7,570 nt of DNA from a virus (Duplodnaviria; Heunggongvirae; Uroviricota; Caudoviricetes): positions 1 to 7,570 of IMG/VR virus record IMGVR_UViG_2585427790_000004. One strand, written 5' to 3'. The first letter of the stretch is position 1, and each line of letters opens with the position of its first letter. Position numbers and translations under genes: made by a program. The notes under the pieces are model-generated. The model was given only the letters and a program-made list of their open reading frames with translations. It was not told where the DNA came from and did not search any database. Shown here one piece after another: positions 5,296 through 7,570 of the stretch.

Positions 5296-6742
5296 TCAAA
5301 AACGATACACACCGGGGTTTCTGCAGCAAAAACCTCTGAAACAAATGCAAAGACTTCAGCAGATAATGCTGCTTCCTCTAAGGCGGCAGCCGCATCGTCA
5401 GCCAGTTCAGCGGCGTCATCGGCATCATCTGCGTCTGCTTCAAAAGATGAGGCGACCAGACAAGCGTCAGCAGCGAAAGGTAGTGCCACGACAGCAACAA
5501 TGAAAGCATCAGAGGCAGCTGGTAGTGTGACGGCGGCAGCTCAGAGCAAAAGTACGGCGGAATCCGCGGCAACGCGCGCCGAGACAGCAGCAAAACGGGC
5601 AGAGGATATTGCATCCGCCGTGGCGCTGGAGGATGCGAGCACGACGAAAAAGGGGATAGTACAGCTCAGCAGTGCGACCAACAGCACTTCCGAGTCACTG
5701 GCGGCAACGCCAAAAGCGGTTAAGGCGGTAATGGGTGAAACGAACAAGAAAGCGCCCTTAAATAGTCCTGCACTGACCGGAACGCCAACAACACCAACTG
5801 CGCGACAGGGAACGAATAATACCCAAATCGCAAGCACGGCTTATGTTATGGCTGCGATCGCTGCCCTCGTGGACTCGTCGCCTGACGCACTGAATACGCT
5901 GAACGAGCTGGCTGCGGCGTTGGGCAACGACCCGAATTTTGCGACCACCATGACTAACGCGCTTGCGGGTAAGCAACCGAAAGATGCCACCCTGACGGCG
6001 CTGGCCGGGCTTGCTACTGCGGCAGACAGGTTTCCGTATTTTACGGGGAATGATGTTGCCAGTCTGGCAACCCTGACAAAAGTTGGGCGGGATATTCTTG
6101 CGAAATCGACCGTTGCCGCCGTTATCGAATACCTCGGTTTACGAGAACTCGGCACAAGCGGGGAGAAAATACCGTTACTCAGTACAGCGAATACCTGGAC
6201 TAATCGACAAACATTCAGCGGTGGCCTTTCTGGTGAACTATCCGGCAATGCTTCTACAGCTGCAAAATTAAAAACTGCCAGGAAAATAAGCAATGTGGCT
6301 TTTGATGGTTCCTCCGATATCACATTAAAAGCAAGTCATGTTGGTGCGTTTGCCTTAGGGAAAACAGGAAGCACCGTTGCGAATGATAAAGCAGTTGGAT
6401 GGAACTGGAGTAGCGGAGCCTATAACGCAACTATTAGTGGTGCATCAACGTTAATTATTCATTTTTATATGGGAGAAGGAAGTTGTCCTGCAGTTCAGTT
6501 TCGGATTAATTATAAAAATGGCGGTATTTTTTATCGTTCAGCCCGTGATGGTTATGGTTTTGAAGCCGACTGGTCCGAATTTTACACCACCACCAGAAAA
6601 CCTTCAGCAGGAGATGTTGGTGCACTGCCGTTATCTGGTGGTCAACTGAATGGTGCACTGGGTATCGGAACATCCAGTGCTCTTGGCGGTAATTCGATTG
6701 TATTGGGTGATAATGACACGGGCTTTAAACAAAATGGCGATG
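5296..6742 (+). pseudogene. side tail fibre (Stf-like) gene fragment, missing its 5' end and cut at its 3' end by the IS
   Basis: The frame of track ORF 5500..6903 is open back to the TAA at 5293-5295 with no start codon before 5500, and already encodes Ala/Ser-rich fibre repeats (ETNAKTSADNAASSKAAAASS...). It continues with GIVQLSSATNSTSESLAATPKAVKAV and ...LGDNDTGFKQNGD, typical of lambdoid Stf and T4 gp37-type fibres. After GD the frame runs into IS sequence at 6743. Confidence 0.8.
6122..6147. other. gix/hix-like DNA-invertase crossover site inside the tail-fibre gene
   Basis: TTATCGAATACC TC GGTTTACGAGAA: two 12-bp inverted half-sites around a 2-bp core; its reverse complement matches the Mu gixL site as I recall it (TTCCTGTAAACCGAGGTTTTGGATAA) at 22 of 26 positions, with the central AAACCGAGGTTT identical. 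Confidence 0.5.
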
Positions 6743-7570
6743 TGAACCGCCCCGGGTTTCCTGGAGAGTGTTTTATCTGTGAACTCAGGCTGCCAGATCA
6801 TCGTTTCCGATGGAAGCATAATAAGCTTTTTCTGCTTCTGCCGGAGGAGTATGGCCCAGCCTTTCCAGCAATCGTCGATTGTTATACCAGTCCACCCACG
6901 TGAGTGTGGCCAGTTCCACTTCTGCACGGTTTTTCCAGCTCTTACGGTGTATTACCTCCGCTTTGTAAAGACCATTGATGCTCTCCGCCATCGCGTTGTC
7001 ATACGAGTCGCCTGTACTTCCTGTTGATGCCAGTAATCCGGCTTCCTTAAGCCGCTGTGTGTAGGCCAGCGATACATACTGAGAACCTTTATCACTGTGA
7101 TGGACCGTGCCGGACGGTCGACGGGCCCATAACGCCTGCTCCAGTGCATCCAGCACGAATGTCGTTTCCATGGACGATGAGACCCGCCACCCCACGATGT
7201 ATCCGGCAAACACATCAATGATGAACGCCACATAGACGAAGCCCCGCCATGTGCTGACGTAAGTAAAATCAGCCACCCACAGCTGGTCAGGTCGTTCTGC
7301 CACGAACTGACGGTTTACGCGGTCGCCTGCGACAACGGCTTTCCGGCTGATGGTCGTACGGACCTTTTTACCCCGGAGAACACCGGCAAGTCCCATAACC
7401 GCCATGAGACGTGCCACAGTGCATCTGGCCACTCTGATACCTTCCCGTAACAACTGACGCCAGACTTTACGCACACCGTATACCTTGTGATTTTCATCGT
7501 ATACGCGCTGTATCTCTTTCTTCAGCCAGTCATCGCGCTGCGCACGGGCACTGCGTTTATCCGGATGATG
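6743..7570 (-). mobile_element. IS3-family insertion sequence (IS629-like), 3' part; continues beyond the window
   Basis: The tail-fibre frame breaks at 6743, where a terminus beginning TGAACCGCCCCGGG starts (IS3-family ends are 5'-TG...CA-3'). The transposase OrfB stop lies about 40 bp inside that end. Confidence 0.8.
6785..7570 (-). CDS. IS3-family transposase OrfB (DDE integrase domain), N-terminus beyond the window
   Basis: Track ORF 6785..7474 plus an open in-frame extension to 7570 (...HHPDKRSARAQRDDWLKKEIQRVYDENHKVYGV RKVWRQLL...). DDE-type blocks are present: LWVADFTY, HHSDKGSQY, YDNAMAESINGLYKAE. Matches IS629/IS1203-type OrfB from memory. Confidence 0.9.
   Translation of the reverse strand, partial: HHPDKRSARAQRDDWLKKEIQRVYDENHKVYGVRKVWRQLLREGIRVARCTVARLMAVMGLAGVLRGKKVRTTISRKAVVAGDRVNRQFVAERPDQLWVADFTYVSTWRGFVYVAFIIDVFAGYIVGWRVSSSMETTFVLDALEQALWARRPSGTVHHSDKGSQYVSLAYTQRLKEAGLLASTGSTGDSYDNAMAESINGLYKAEVIHRKSWKNRAEVELATLTWVDWYNNRRLLERLGHTPPAEAEKAYYASIGNDDLAA

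Noticed and set aside
5500-5502. ATG at 5500 as a genuine start of the tail-fibre gene
   Set aside because: The same frame is open for 68 codons upstream and already encodes fibre-type repeats, so the Met is internal and the gene is 5' truncated.
4829-6323. Long ORFs overlapping Rz and the tail-fibre repeats (4829..5101 -, 4947..5489 -, 5189..5503 +, 5378..5614 -, 5541..5837 -, 5758..5976 -, 5841..6323 -, 6083..6271 +)
   Set aside because: They are antisense or shifted frames of the GC-rich Ala/Ser-repeat sequence, which stays open in several frames; translations are low complexity (Ala-, Arg- or Gln-rich).
6631-7497. Short ORFs around the IS end (6631..6927 -, 6779..7027 +, 6952..7233 -, 7315..7497 -) and the tail of track ORF 5500..6903 past 6742
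   Set aside because: They overlap the transposase OrfB in other frames or read through the IS terminus; the fibre frame beyond 6742 is IS sequence, not fibre.
1-7570. CRISPR arrays or other tandem direct repeats
   Set aside because: No regularly spaced direct repeats seen; the only repeats are the short hairpins and the coding Ala/Ser-rich fibre repeats.

Overview
This window reads as the late/lysis region of a lambdoid prophage of the Escherichia/Shigella type, laid out like a Shiga-toxin-converting phage but with no toxin genes. The gene order is read directly from the sequence; family names and phage comparisons (933W, phage 21, lambda, Mu) are recalled from memory, and no database search was possible. 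Left to right on the + strand: the last 30 codons of a probable DNA methyltransferase; a sigma70-like promoter; three tightly packed tRNA genes (Ile-CAU, Arg-UCG, Arg-UCU) with a terminator; about 890 bp where stxAB would sit in an Stx phage, holding a hairpin-rich segment and a sharply AT-rich island with one 111-aa ORF on the minus strand; a nanS-p-like sialate O-acetylesterase gene; a lysis cassette (class II holin, DUF1327-like ORF, SAR endolysin, a possible 32-aa membrane peptide, Rz with embedded Rz1); a side-tail-fibre fragment lacking its 5' end, carrying a gix/hix-like invertase crossover site and cut at its 3' end by an IS3-family (IS629-like) element that runs off the window. The structure suggests a rearranged, probably defective prophage. 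The best candidates for undescribed biology are three small cargo loci: the island in the toxin slot, the DUF1327 ORF inside the lysis cassette, and the tiny membrane peptide between R and Rz. None can be assigned a function from sequence alone.
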